Positions 19,391 to 30,684 of a DNA stretch of 64,000 bases are shown in pieces (positions within the stretch are counted from its first letter, which is position 1; each line of letters opens with the position of its first letter). The stretch spans positions 2,848,001 to 2,912,000 of the forward strand of contig OY970192.1 in the NCBI GenBank assembly GCA_963708135.1, in the 5' to 3' direction. The notes under the pieces were generated by a model, which worked only from the letters and a program-made list of their open reading frames with translations, ran no database searches and was not told the origin of the DNA. This DNA comes from an uncultured Gemmatimonadales bacterium (GTDB lineage Bacteria > Gemmatimonadota > Gemmatimonadetes > Longimicrobiales > RSA9). Both the position numbers and the translations under genes were made by a program.

Positions 19391-20824
19391 TCAGGCCCTC
19401 CCTTCGGGCGATGCATCCCGGCCGCCCGCGTACGCCGCCCGCAAGGCGACGCGGCCGACGCCGCCGCCACCGCCGCCACCGCCGCCCGCGCCGCCGCCCG
19501 CCTCCTCCGGCTCCGGGCCGTGCTCGATCTCGCGCCCGACCAGGAACAGGAAGAGCATGCCGAGCACCATGTAGAGGCCCATGAAGCCGAGCAGCGTGAA
19601 CGTGGCGTTGCCCGAGGAGACGGTGGTCGAGATCCCGCCCGACGTGCGCATCAGGCCGTACAGGATCCAGGGCTGGCGGCCCACCTCGGCCGTGATCCAG
19701 CCCGCCGTGTTGGCGATGTAGGGGAACGGCAGCGCGAGCAGCAGCACCCACAGCATGCCGCGCGAGTCGAACAGCGTGCCCCGCCACAGCATCCACGCCG
19801 AGATCACCAGGATCGCGATGAAGATGGTGCCCAGCCCGACCATGATGTGGTAGGCGAAGTAGACGAGCGGGATGTTGTCCGGCCAGTCCGCCTGCGGGAA
19901 GTCCTCCAGCCCACGGACCTCCGCCTCCCAGCGGCGGTAGGTCAGGAAGCTGAGCGCGCGCGGGACCGCCAGCTCGTTGTCCAGCGTGTGCTTCTGCACG
20001 TCGGGCTGCCCGAGGATCACGACGGGCGCGCCGCGCGCGGTGTGGAAGAGGCCCTCCATGGCCGCGAGCGTGACGGGCTGGTAGTCCGCCACCAGCCGCC
20101 CCTGCCGGTCGCCGAGCGGGTAGAGCTGCACGAGGCTCGCGACGACGCCCACCACCACGCCCAGGCGCACGAACGTCCGGCCGTAGCTCTCGTGCCGCCG
20201 CATGAGCAGGTAGTACGCCCCGATCGAGGCCACCGCGAAGCTGCCCGTGATCACCGCCCCGACCATGTTGTGCAGGTACTCCCAGAGCAGCCACGGGTTG
20301 CCGAACAGCCCGCCCAAGCTAGCCAGCGCGAGCGCGCCGTTCGGCCCCGTGACGTAGCCGACCGGGTGCTGCATGAAGGCGTCCGTCGCGATGATGAAGA
20401 AGCCGGACAGCCACGAGCCGATGAAGATGAGCAGCGACGTCGCCCAATGGGCGCGCCGGCTGAGCCGCTGCTCGCCGAACAGGAACAGCCCGAGCACGCT
20501 CGACTCGAGGAAGAACGCGAAGACCCCCTCCATCGCGAGCGGCTGCCCGATCACGCCGCCGGCCGCGCGCGAGAACGTCGCCCAGTTCGTGCCGAACTGG
20601 AACTCCATCGGGATCCCCGTCACCACCCCGACCGCGAAGTTGATGGCGAAGATCCGTGCCCAGAACCGCGCCGCGCGGTCCAGGTGCTCGTTCCCCGTGC
20701 GCCACGCCGCCGTCTTCAGGATGAAGAGCAGCAGCGCCAGGCCCATCGTGAGCTGCGGGAACAGGTAGTGGTAGGTGACCGTGAAGGCGAAGAGAAGACG
20801 ATCCACGGTGACGGGATCGGACAT
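19391..20824 (-). CDS. cydA: Cytochrome bd ubiquinol oxidase subunit I
   Basis: YHYLFPQLTMG, GVVTGIPMEFQFGTNW, EGVFAFFLES, QPVTLAAMEG, GWITAEVGRQPW. Confidence 0.96.
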   Translation of the reverse strand: MSDPVTVDRLLFAFTVTYHYLFPQLTMGLALLLFILKTAAWRTGNEHLDRAARFWARIFAINFAVGVVTGIPMEFQFGTNWATFSRAAGGVIGQPLAMEGVFAFFLESSVLGLFLFGEQRLSRRAHWATSLLIFIGSWLSGFFIIATDAFMQHPVGYVTGPNGALALASLGGLFGNPWLLWEYLHNMVGAVITGSFAVASIGAYYLLMRRHESYGRTFVRLGVVVGVVASLVQLYPLGDRQGRLVADYQPVTLAAMEGLFHTARGAPVVILGQPDVQKHTLDNELAVPRALSFLTYRRWEAEVRGLEDFPQADWPDNIPLVYFAYHIMVGLGTIFIAILVISAWMLWRGTLFDSRGMLWVLLLALPFPYIANTAGWITAEVGRQPWILYGLMRTSGGISTTVSSGNATFTLLGFMGLYMVLGMLFLFLVGREIEHGPEPEEAGGGAGGGGGGGGGVGRVALRAAYAGGRDASPEGRA

Positions 20825-21314
20825 GAGCGCGCACTCCTCCGGTGCGGCCGCGCGCCGGCCGGACCACGCCGCCCTGCACGCTGCGCGCGGCTCCGCTGCT
20901 AGTGTGGCGCGCGAGCGGGCCGCGCGCAACCGCGCGCAAGAGCAATCGCGGATGCGGCGTCAGACCGGTAGTTTGGTGATGGGCGCTACGAACTGGGCGT
21001 CGCGACGTGCAATTCCGAGACGGGCTGTTAACGGGCCGCAGCGCCAACTTCGGGTAAGGAGCCACCCATGGTATGGACCACCAGGCTCGGACTGGGTCTC
21101 GCGTTCGCAGCGCTCGTCACAACGACACGCCCCTCGCTACTTGCTGGGCAGGTTCCGGGCAGGGCGAGCCTCTCCATCGGGGGACAGTTCGGTAGAGGGT
21201 CGGGACCGAGTCCGTCGAAGTTCTACGGAGGCTCTCTCACCTTCTTTGGGCCCGCCGGCTGGTCACTCGACGCCCACGTCTATCACGTGCGGCAAGGGAT
21301 CGGAGTGTTGTGCT

Positions 21315-23075
21315 CCTGCCGTATTCACGAGCGGGTTAGTGGAGGGGTTGTGTAGGGCGTAAGCGCCCATGGCGCATCTGCCTGTGTGACCGTAAGATGG
21401 GGGTGCAAACCAAACCATCCTTCCGGACCACACGACAAACACGCCATGGGTGAAGAACAAGGTACACTTTTCCGGCTGGATTTCAACCGTTCGATGGGCG
21501 TGGAGGCGCGACCGGAGCGGCTGACCTCGGACGCGGGCGCGGTGCTGTTGCGTGCGCTGCTGGAGCGGCTGGGCTTCCCGGCGCTGGTCCACCACCACCT
21601 GCACGACCCGCGCGACCCCGCGCGGATCACGCACGACTTCCTCGAGCTGATGCTCACGCAGGTGCTCCTGCTGGCGCAGGGATGGACGGACCAGCGGGAT
21701 GCGGACCTGCTGCGCGCCGATCCGGCGCTGCGCGTGGCCGTGTCGCGGCGCCGGGGGACGGCGCCGGTGCGGGGTGGGGCTGCGGGCGCGGCCTCCGGGC
21801 TGGCCTCTCAGCCAACCCTGTCGCGGCTCCTGGCGGTGCTGGCCGACCCGGGAAACCGGCAGGGCCTTTCCACGCTCCTGCTGCGGGGTGCGGAGCGGCG
21901 GCGGGGCCGGAACGCGCCGCGCGTTGCGGAGGTCACGCTGGATCTGGATTCGCTGCCGGTCGAAGTGCACGGGCTGCAGCCGGGCAGCTCGTGGAACGCG
22001 CACTATGGCTGCTGCTGCTACCACCCGCTGGTGCTGCGCTGGGAGTTGGGAGACTTCCTGGCGGCCGAGCTGCGAGAGGGAAACGCGCACACGGCGCAAG
22101 GCGCGCTGGGCTTTGTGGTCCCCGCGGTGCTCTGGGCGAAGACGCAGGCGGAGCAGGTGTGGCTGCGCATGGATGCGGGATTCCCGGAGAACGAGTTGCT
22201 GGCCACGCTGGAGGACGAGGGCGTGCGCTACGTGGCCCGGCTGCGTGGGAATGCACGCCTGGAGAGACTCGCGGCGCCGTACCTGAAGCGGCCGCCTGGA
22301 CACCCGCCGGCCGAAGGTCGGATCTGGACGCACGAGCTGACCTATGCTGCCGGGCGCTGGGACCATGCGCGCCGGGTGGTGCTCGTGATGCTGGAGCGCT
22401 CGGACGAGCAGGGGGAGCTGTTCCTCGACCATTTTTTCCTGCTCACGAACGCGAGCACCGAAGAGGTAGACGGCCCGGCGCTGCTGGAGCGCTACCGGGC
22501 GCGGGGAGAAGCCGAGCGGGAGTTCGGGGACTGGAAAAGCACGCTGGCGCTGGCGCTCTCGTCGGCGCCGCGGCCCAAGAAGCACTACCGCGGGCGGAGC
22601 GTCGCCACGCCCGAGCCCGACACCGACAGCTTCGGCGCCAACGAGGCGCGCCTGCTGCTGAGCCTCATCGCGGCCAACCTGCTGAGAGCTGGCGCAGAAC
22701 TGGTCTCGTGCGGCGAACGTCAGGTCATGACCCGCCAGCGCTTCCGCCAACTCGTGCTCAAAGCGGCGGGACGCGTGCTGGTGAGCGGCCGACGACTCAC
22801 GCTCGTCATCGACGCGGGCCGCGCGCACCTGTGGCAGCGCTTCTGGCGAGAAATGAGCCGGCGCTACTCGGCCCGCGGCTCCCCCGCCGCCCTGGCCCTG
22901 CCCACTCCAGCGTAGGCCTTCTCGGGCGGGGAGCGATCGGAGCACGGAGCCGTCGGCGGCGCGCCGGGGGAAAGGGGGGCTGTCCCCGTAATCAGCCCGG
23001 GCGCCACGCACGCCGCCGCCGAATTCCAAATCACGCGCTCAATCGGCTCAACCTACGCGTGGTGAATACGGGAGG
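21315..23075 (+). mobile_element. IS1380 family insertion sequence, 1761 bp
   Basis: TIRs CCTGCCGTATTCACGA and CCTCCCGTATTCACCA (14/16 match); 5-bp TSD GTGCT at 21310-21314 and 23076-23080. Confidence 0.93.
21446..22915 (+). CDS. IS1380 family DDE transposase
   Basis: LTSDAGAVLL, DADLLRADP, LASQPTLSRL, TLDLDS..VHGLQ..YHPL, LRMDAGF, YRARGEAE..GDWK. Confidence 0.93.
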   Translation: MGEEQGTLFRLDFNRSMGVEARPERLTSDAGAVLLRALLERLGFPALVHHHLHDPRDPARITHDFLELMLTQVLLLAQGWTDQRDADLLRADPALRVAVSRRRGTAPVRGGAAGAASGLASQPTLSRLLAVLADPGNRQGLSTLLLRGAERRRGRNAPRVAEVTLDLDSLPVEVHGLQPGSSWNAHYGCCCYHPLVLRWELGDFLAAELREGNAHTAQGALGFVVPAVLWAKTQAEQVWLRMDAGFPENELLATLEDEGVRYVARLRGNARLERLAAPYLKRPPGHPPAEGRIWTHELTYAAGRWDHARRVVLVMLERSDEQGELFLDHFFLLTNASTEEVDGPALLERYRARGEAEREFGDWKSTLALALSSAPRPKKHYRGRSVATPEPDTDSFGANEARLLLSLIAANLLRAGAELVSCGERQVMTRQRFRQLVLKAAGRVLVSGRRLTLVIDAGRAHLWQRFWREMSRRYSARGSPAALALPTPA

Positions 23076-23563
23076 GTGCTATCAGACCGTCCCCGAATCG
23101 CTGATATGCGGCTTCGAAGGGACCGCCATCATGGCCGGCGCAGGAGCCTGGCACACGCTTCACGGCCCGGTCTCGGCCTATGGCAGTCTGCTCGGAGGCC
23201 CCTACAGATCGCGCTTCCTGAGCGGGACTACGCCGGCGCTGGAAGCCGATGCCGGTTCGCGAGTGAGGCTCGGGCGACGGTTCGACGTGCGCGCGGGTGG
23301 TCGGTACATGAAAGCGTTCAATACGGAGTTCAAGCGCCTCCTCGGCCGCGACCAGCACTACTTCTTCTGGGACCTGGGCGCGGAGATCGGCGTGTTCTGA
23401 ACGGAGGGCCTGATTGCCTCCCCCGCGCCACGGCCCTACCATCCGCGGCAAGCCGAACCCGGAAACCTGGAAGCGAGCCGATGTGCGTTCGCCGTGGCGG
23501 GGGCGCGCCCGCCGTTCACGTGAACGCATGCGCATGCGTGCCCGCATGCGAACGAGGTTTCAC

Positions 23564-25654
23564 ATGATCCGCAGCGCTTCGCGGTCGATCCGCACGACTC
23601 ACCTCCCCGCCCTGCTGCTGGCGGCCCTGGCCCTCTCCTCCGCCGCGCCGCTCGCGGCCCAACACCGACCCATCCCCGGCCTCGATGCCGCCGGCATGGA
23701 CACCACCGTCCGCCCCGGCGACGACTTCTACCGCTACGCCAACGGGCGGTGGCAGGAGAACACGGCGATCCCCGCCGACCGCAGCAGCTTCGGCTCCTTC
23801 AGCATCGCGGCGCAGCGCGCCGACAGCCAGGTCACGGCCATCGTCCGGGCGGCCGCGGCGGCGAGCGCGGCCCAGGCGCCCGCCGGCTCGGAGCTGCGCA
23901 AGATCGGCGACTACTACACGGCGTTCCTGGACACGGCGGCCATCAAGGCGCGCGGGCTCCAGCCGATCCGGCCGCTGCTCGCGCGCATCGCGGCCATTCA
24001 CGACCGCACGGCCCTCGCCCGCTTCATCGGCTCGACGCTGCGCGCGGACGTGGACGTGATCAACGACGGCAGGCTGCACACGGACGACCTCTTCGGCCTC
24101 TGGGTGGACCAGGACTTCGATCAGCCGGCGAAGAACTCTGCGGCGCTGCTGCAGGGCGGCATCGAGATGCCCGACCGCGGCTATTACCTGGACCCCTCGC
24201 CGAAGATGGCGGCCATCCGCGAGGCGTACCGCGCCCACGTGGCCCGGATGCTCGGGCTCGCGGGCATCGTCGGGACCGCGGCAAAGGCGGACTCGATCGT
24301 CGCGCTCGAGACCGCGATCGCGAAGACCCACTGGAAGGCCGAGGATTCGTGGGACGTGGTGAAGGGCAACAACCACTGGGCGAGGACGGAGTTCGCGGTG
24401 AAGGCGCCGGGGTTCGACTGGGCCGCGTTCTTCGCGGCGGCGCGGCTGGCGGACCTGGACAGCCTCGTCGCCTGGCAGCCGAGCGCCGTCACCGGGATCG
24501 CGGCGCTCGTGGCCAGCCAGCCGCTCGGGAGCTGGAAGGATCTCCTCACGTACCACGCGCTCGAGCACCATGCGACGGTGCTGCCGCCGGCGTTCGACCG
24601 CGAGCACTTCGCCTTCTTCGGCCGCACCCTCTCCGGCGCGCCCGAGCAGGCCAGCCGCGCCGAGCGCGCCGTCCAGGCGACGAGCGCCGCCCTCGGATTC
24701 GCGGTCGGGAAACGCTACGTCGCCCGCTACTTCCCGGCGAGCGCGAAGGCGAACGCGGAGCGCATGGTGGCCGGGCTCATCCGCGCCTACAACGCGCGCA
24801 TCGACGCGCTCACCTGGATGGCGCCCAGCACGCGCGCGGAGGCGAAGGCCAAGCTGCGCACGATCCGCGCCGCCGTCGGCTATCCGGACGTCTGGCCGGG
24901 CTACACCCCCCTCGTGGTGAAGCCGCGCGACGCGTACGGCAACGCCGAGCGGCTCGAGCGCTTCACGTACGACAACAACATCCGCAAGCTGCACCGGCCG
25001 ACCGACCGCGCCGAGTGGTCCATGACGCCGCAGACGGTGAACGCGGTCAACATGCCGGCCATGAACGCGCTCAACTTCCCGGCCGCCATCCTGCAGCCGC
25101 CGTTCTTCGATCCCGCCCGCACGGACGCCATGAACTACGCGGCGATCGGCGCGGTCATCGGTCACGAGATCAGCCACAGCTTCGACAACCTGGGCGCCAA
25201 CTTCGACGCCCACGGCCGCCTCAGGAACTGGTGGACGAAGGCCGACAAGGCGCACTTCGACTCCGCCACCCGGGCGCTGGTCCGGCAGTACGACGCCTAC
25301 AGGCCGCTCCCCGACGTGGCCATCAACGGCAAGCTCACGCTGACCGAGAACATCGCCGACCTGGCCGGGCTCACCGCCGCCTACGACGCCTGGAAGGCCT
25401 CCCTCGGCGGCAGACCCGCCCCGGTGGTCGGCGGCCTCGCACCGGACCAGCAGTTCTTCCTCAGCTTCGCCCAGGTCTGGCGCACGAAGTTCCGCGAGCC
25501 CGCGCTGCGCCAGAGCCTGCTCACCAACGGCCACTCGCCGGGCCCGTACCGCGCGCGTACGGTGCGGAACCTCGACGCCTGGTACCGGGCCTTCGACGTG
25601 CAGCCCGGGGAGAAGCTCTACCTCGCGCCCGGCTCGCGTGTGAGGATCTGGTAG
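23564..25654 (+). CDS. M13 family (neprilysin/PepO) metallopeptidase, exported
   Basis: PGDDFYRYANG.W, PQTVNA, FPAAILQPPFF, IGHEISHSFD, ENIADLAG; signal peptide. Confidence 0.95.
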   Translation: MIRSASRSIRTTHLPALLLAALALSSAAPLAAQHRPIPGLDAAGMDTTVRPGDDFYRYANGRWQENTAIPADRSSFGSFSIAAQRADSQVTAIVRAAAAASAAQAPAGSELRKIGDYYTAFLDTAAIKARGLQPIRPLLARIAAIHDRTALARFIGSTLRADVDVINDGRLHTDDLFGLWVDQDFDQPAKNSAALLQGGIEMPDRGYYLDPSPKMAAIREAYRAHVARMLGLAGIVGTAAKADSIVALETAIAKTHWKAEDSWDVVKGNNHWARTEFAVKAPGFDWAAFFAAARLADLDSLVAWQPSAVTGIAALVASQPLGSWKDLLTYHALEHHATVLPPAFDREHFAFFGRTLSGAPEQASRAERAVQATSAALGFAVGKRYVARYFPASAKANAERMVAGLIRAYNARIDALTWMAPSTRAEAKAKLRTIRAAVGYPDVWPGYTPLVVKPRDAYGNAERLERFTYDNNIRKLHRPTDRAEWSMTPQTVNAVNMPAMNALNFPAAILQPPFFDPARTDAMNYAAIGAVIGHEISHSFDNLGANFDAHGRLRNWWTKADKAHFDSATRALVRQYDAYRPLPDVAINGKLTLTENIADLAGLTAAYDAWKASLGGRPAPVVGGLAPDQQFFLSFAQVWRTKFREPALRQSLLTNGHSPGPYRARTVRNLDAWYRAFDVQPGEKLYLAPGSRVRIW

Positions 25655-25675
25655 GCGCCGAGCGCTCCTGTCTGC

Positions 25676-26812
25676 TCACGTGGTGGCGCCCGGGCGCGGG
25701 TTGAAGATGTCGGGCCGCGGCGCGCCCACCACCTCGATCAGGCCGAGCATGCCCTTGTGGACCATGCGGCTCAGCGCGTGGTCCACCAGCTTGATGGTCT
25801 CGGGGACCGGCAGCTCCATCTCGAAAACGCCGCAGCTGCCCGGCGGCACGACCATGGTCTGCACGTAGCGCTCCGGGGCGCTCATGACCGCGCCGGCGCG
25901 CCAGGCCTTCGTCCAGACGTTGCCAATGGGATGGAAGTGGCTCGACAGGTTCGGGCCGCCGCAGACGAAGAAGATGCGGAGGGTCTCATCCCGCCGGGCC
26001 TGGATCGAGCCCCAGCGGCTCGGTGTCAGCGCGTCCTTCTCGCCGTTCAGCAGCACGTAGGTCGGGTCCTCGGCGCGCATGGCATCGAAGTCGAAGGTGC
26101 GCATCCCGGGCGCGCCGGCCGCTCCCTTCAAGTAGATCTCGTGCTGGCCAAGGTAGAGCTCGCGATCCACGGGCGGCAGCCCGCCGGGCGGCTCGACCAC
26201 GATCATGCCGAACATCCCCGAGCTGATGTGGAAGTCCAGGTTCGGCACCGCGCAGTGGTAGATGAACGCGCCCGGGTACATGGCCTGAAACTCGACCGAG
26301 GCCGACTTCCCTGGCGCGACGTTCGTCGCCACGCTGCCGCCGCCCGTGCCGTAGACGGCGTGCAGATCCACGTTGTGCGGGAACTGGTTGTCCGCTGCGG
26401 CGTTCAGGGTCAGGTGCACCGTGTCCCCCTGGCGCACCCGGATCATGGGAGCCGGCACCTGCCCGCCGTACGTCATGTAGCGGAAGGCGACGCCGTCCTC
26501 GATCTGAGCTACCACCTCCTTCACGTGTAGCGTGACCTCCACCCGCTTCGGACCTCGCCCCCCGACCGGTGGCGGGAGACGCGTGGGATCCGCCGCCACA
26601 CGCTTGGCCGTGAGCGTGTACTGCTTCCTTGCGGCCGTATCCGGCGCCGCACCGGCACCCGCCGCCGCGCCCCGGCTCGGGCCTCGCGCACCGGCCGCCG
26701 TCCCTGTGCGCCTGCAGCCCGCGCCGCCGAGCACGCCCGCGAGGGCGCCGGCGCCCAGCCGCCTGACGAACTCGCGCCGGGTCCCACCTCGATCCTGCAA
26801 CGCCTCCGACAT
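25676..26812 (-). CDS. nirK: Copper-containing nitrite reductase, Tat-exported lipoprotein
   Basis: TRREFV Tat motif plus GAGC; Cu ligand and catalytic motifs PHNVDLH, YHC, FHISSGM, FHPIG, LVDH. Confidence 0.92.
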   Translation of the reverse strand: MSEALQDRGGTRREFVRRLGAGALAGVLGGAGCRRTGTAAGARGPSRGAAAGAGAAPDTAARKQYTLTAKRVAADPTRLPPPVGGRGPKRVEVTLHVKEVVAQIEDGVAFRYMTYGGQVPAPMIRVRQGDTVHLTLNAAADNQFPHNVDLHAVYGTGGGSVATNVAPGKSASVEFQAMYPGAFIYHCAVPNLDFHISSGMFGMIVVEPPGGLPPVDRELYLGQHEIYLKGAAGAPGMRTFDFDAMRAEDPTYVLLNGEKDALTPSRWGSIQARRDETLRIFFVCGGPNLSSHFHPIGNVWTKAWRAGAVMSAPERYVQTMVVPPGSCGVFEMELPVPETIKLVDHALSRMVHKGMLGLIEVVGAPRPDIFNPRPGATT

Positions 26813-27049
26813 TCTCTTCGGCCTCCCTCCAGTCGTGATCCGGCTTGTGCACACCGCGCGTCTCGCGCACTCCGGAAGTGCCCCGCTGAGACCATGCCAG
26901 CGCCGGACGAGCGTCACGACAGGCAGGCCCGACGCCCGCGGGCGTCACACCACCCGGGCGCCGCGCGCGGAGAATTGCCCCGCGCGCCGTGCGGCCGTAC
27001 CATGCGCCGTCCCGTGCATGCAGCCCCCCAGCGCCGAGAGGCCCGCCCC

Positions 27050-29720
27050 ATGACCCAACGCTCCATCCTCGCCGCCGCGCTGCTCCTCGCCGCGCCGGCG
27101 GCGGTACTTGCACAACGCGGCCGCAGGGCCGCGCCCGCCGCGACGCCCGCACCGCTCGACTCGCTCGCCCTCTCCGCCCTCCACGCCCGCGCCATCGGTC
27201 CCGCCATCATGGGCGGCCGGATCAGCGACATCGCGCTCGACCCCTCGGACTCCCGCACCTTCTACGTCGGCCTCGCCACGGGCGGGGTGATGAAGACGAC
27301 GAACGACGGCGCGACCTTCGACGCGGTCTTCGCCGACCAGCCCGTCGCTTCCATCGGGGCGGTGGCGGTGGCGCCGAGCGACTCGAGCGTGGTGTGGGTG
27401 GGCACGGGCGAGGCGAACGACCGGAACAGCTCGCAGTGGGGCAACGGCGTGTGGCGCTCGACCAATGGCGGCTCGACGTGGAAGCACGTGGGCCTCGAGG
27501 GGACGCGCACGATCGCGCGCATCGCCGTCTCGCCGACGGACCCGAAGACCGCGTACGTGGCGGCAATGGGCAACCTGTGGGTGCCCAACAAGGAGCGCGG
27601 GCTCTACAGGACCACGGACGGCGGCGCCACGTGGAAGAAGGTGCTCGCGGCGGCGGCGCCCTACGACGACCGCGTGGGCGCGGGTGACGTCGCCATCGAT
27701 CCGCAGCATCCGAGCACGGTGTACGCGGCGCTCTACGCCCGGCGACGCCGCCCCTGGTCCTTCACCGCCGGCCCCGCCGCCACGGACGGCAAGGACCTCG
27801 GCGGCATCTTCAAGTTGAACGGACGGCGGCGAGACGTGGACGAAGCTCGGCGGCGGGCTGCCGTCGGGGACGCGTCGCATCGGGCTGTCCGTGTACGCGA
27901 AGGACCCGCGCGTGATCTACGCGATCGTGGAGACGAACGCGGGCGGCGCCATAAACATCGACCAGTCCAGGAGCAAGGAGGGCGGCGTCTTCCGCACCAC
28001 GGACGGCGGCGCGACGTGGACGCGCGCGAGCCCGCTCGACGCGCGCGCCTTCTACTTCAGCCAGATCCGGGTGGACCCGACCGACTCCTCGCGCGTCTAC
28101 GTGCTGGACTCGATGGTCCACGTCTCGGAGAACGGCGGGCGCACGTGGCGCGAGGACCGCTTCAGCCACGTGCACCCCGACAACCACGCGCTCCTCATCG
28201 ACGCGCGCGACCCGAAGCACCTGCTCCTCGGCACCGACGGCGGCCTCTACGAGAGCTACGACCGCGGCGGGCTGTGGGCGCACCTGAACCGCTTCGCGGG
28301 CGGCGAGTTCTACCGCATCTCGGTGGACTCGATGAAGCCGCACTACCGCATCTGCGGCGGGCTCCAGGACAACATCAACTGGGTCGGCCCGAGCCAGACG
28401 GACTCGAAGGAGAGGATCCGCAACTCCGACTGGACCGCCATCGACGGCGGCGACGGCTTTTACTGCGTCTTCGGCCGCAAGCCGAGCCAGATCTTCACGG
28501 AGAGCCAGCAGGGCAGCGTGTACCGCTACGACCTGGCCACCGGCCAGGAGAAGTACCTCCAGCCGACGCCCGCGGAGGGACAGCCCGCGTACCGCTTCGG
28601 CTGGAACTCGCCGCTGATCGCGAGCCTGCACGACCCCGACGCCATGTACCTGGGCGGCAACCGCGTCTTCAAGCTGACGGACAACGGCGAGCACGAGCAG
28701 GCCATCAGCCCCGACCTCTCGACACAGAACCTCGAGCGCATCATGGCGACGGGGAGCGGCGCCGAGACCTACGGCGTGGTCTACGCGCTCGCCGAATCAC
28801 CGCGCCAGGCGGGGCTCCTCTGGGCCGGGACCGATGACGGCAAGCTCTGGCTCACGCACGATGATGGCGCCCACTGGACCGACCTGACGGCGACGCTGCC
28901 CCCGGAGGCGAAGGGGCACTGGATCCAGCGCATCGCGCCGAGCGTGACCTCGCCCGACGTCGCCTACCTCGCGGTGAACGCGTACCGCGACGGCGACGAC
29001 CGGCCCATGCTCTGGCGCACGGAGGACGGCGGCAAGACGTGGCGCTCCATCGCCGCCGGGCTGCCCGCGGACGGGCCCGTCGAGGTCGTCTACGAGGACC
29101 GCTTCGACCCCGAGCTGCTCTACGCCGGCACCATGTTCGGCCTGTATGCGAGCCCCGACCGCGGCGCCACGTGGACGAAGCTCGGCGGGCTGCCCACGGT
29201 GGCCGTGGACGACATCGAGCTCCAGGGCGCGACGCGCGACCTGGTCATCGCCACGCACGGCCGCTCGCTCTATGTCGTGGACGATGTCCGCCCGCTCGAG
29301 GAGCTCACGCCCGCCGTGCGCGACTCCGCCGCCTACCTCTTCCAGCCGCCGGCCGGCCACGCCGTCGTGCGCCAGGCCGGATTCAGCGACTGGAACGGCG
29401 GCGCCGTCTACCGCGGCGAGAACCCGCCCGAGGGCATCCCCCTCGACTTCTGGGTGAAGGGCTACACGGGCAAGGAGGTCAAGATCAGCGTGAAGGACGC
29501 GAACGGTGTGCCCGTCGCCAACCTCTCGGCGCCCGGCACGCCGGGGCTCGGCCGGGTGTGGTGGGACCTCAAGCCCAGCGCGGACGTGCTCACGCCCTAC
29601 GGCGGCGAGGGGAGGCTGTTCGTGCCGGCGGGGACGTACACGGTGACGCTGTCGTACGGGGCGGTGTCGCAGTCGCGGCAGGTCGAGGTCACGGTGGCCC
29701 CGGGGGTGGAGACGCGCTGA
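27050..29720 (+). CDS. BNR/Asp-box (VPS10/YCF48-like) beta-propeller protein; +1 frameshift at ~27815-27818 (likely sequencing error)
   Basis: Signal peptide, RAIGPAIMGGRISDI, many S/T-x-DGG-x-TW boxes. Deleting one base restores FK-x-TDGGETW and joins the ORFs at 26894 and 27891. Confidence 0.85.
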
Positions 29721-29763
29721 GCGGGGGGGCGGCTCCCGGCCTGGCGGCGCAGGGGACGCCCGC

Positions 29764-30216
29764 TCACCACAGCCCCGGCCACGGCGCCGAGATCTCGACC
29801 GGCAGCACCTCCGACAGCGTCTCGAAATCCGCGGCGTTCTCCGTCACGAGCACGAAGCCGTGCTCGCGGGCGGAGGCGGCAATGAGGCAGTCGTTCAGGA
29901 AGGAGCGCGTGATCCCCGCGCCGGCGCTCCGCTTGCCGGTGCGGACCAGCCTCGCGAGCGCCGCACCCGCGCGCGTCCAGGCCTCATGGCTCGGCGTAAC
30001 GACGCGGCCGCGGCGCTCGAACGGCTCGATCAGCGCCCGGCGCGTGCGCCGCTCGAGGCCGGGCGCGATGGCACCGGCCAGAAGCTCGAGCGCCACGACG
30101 GAGTGGAGCCAGAGCCAGGGCGCCGCCGCGATGGTGAACGCCTCCAGCTCGCGCGCCGCGGCTTCCTCCCGCGCGGCCCGGATATAGACGTTCGTGTCCA
30201 GCACGCATGGCCGCAC
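29764..30216 (-). CDS. vapC: PIN-domain toxin (VapC family)
   Basis: VLDTNVYI, VVALELLAG, NDCLIAASAREHG.VLVTEN..DF. Confidence 0.9.
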   Translation of the reverse strand: MRPCVLDTNVYIRAAREEAAARELEAFTIAAAPWLWLHSVVALELLAGAIAPGLERRTRRALIEPFERRGRVVTPSHEAWTRAGAALARLVRTGKRSAGAGITRSFLNDCLIAASAREHGFVLVTENAADFETLSEVLPVEISAPWPGLW

Positions 30217-30498
30217 TCAGCCCTCGCCAAAGAGGTCCTCCAGCGGCGCGCCACGCATCGCACGGATACCCTTCACCAGCTCGTCGCGGAAGACGACGAG
30301 GTCCAGCGCCGCCTCGATCGTCTCCGTCTCCGTCGCCGTGCCGAGCGCCTTCCGCGCCGCATCGATCTTGGACTGGTGCAGCCTCAGGTTCTTCCTCGTC
30401 GATGGCTCTGCGGCCGCCCTCTCGGCCGCATACGCGGGCGCGACCTCCGCGACCCTGGCGGGCCAATCCTTCCCAGCCCCCTTCCCGGATCCAGCCAT
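30217..30498 (-). CDS. Putative antitoxin (VapB-like, RHH-type)
   Basis: RKNLRLHQSKIDAARKALGTATETETIEAALD; abuts the toxin GTG; GGAGG upstream. Confidence 0.78.
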   Translation of the reverse strand: MAGSGKGAGKDWPARVAEVAPAYAAERAAAEPSTRKNLRLHQSKIDAARKALGTATETETIEAALDLVVFRDELVKGIRAMRGAPLEDLFGEG

Positions 30499-30684
30499 TC
30501 TCCTACCTCCGCTCATGACCTGCACAAGTCTACTACTCTGTACAGACCGCGTCAACCTCGTCACCGGACCCGCAGCACCCCGTCCCGTGCTTCGTGCCGG
30601 CCGGTGGCGACGTCGGTGACACGAGGTGCTGGCGCCGCTCACGTTCGGCGCCGTCGGCTTCGTCGTGTGCCGCCCCGCGGAGTC

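Larger units (their letters stand above)
21068..23400 (+). pseudogene. Outer-membrane beta-barrel protein interrupted by IS1380
   Basis: Removing 21315-23080 joins 21068-21314 to 23081-23400 in frame, giving 188 aa with a signal-like N-terminus, amphipathic strands and C-terminal ..DLGAEIGVF. Confidence 0.85.

Noticed and set aside
30521..30544. vapBC operator TGCACA-N12-TGTACA
   Set aside because: Plausible location, but the dyad is too weak to call.
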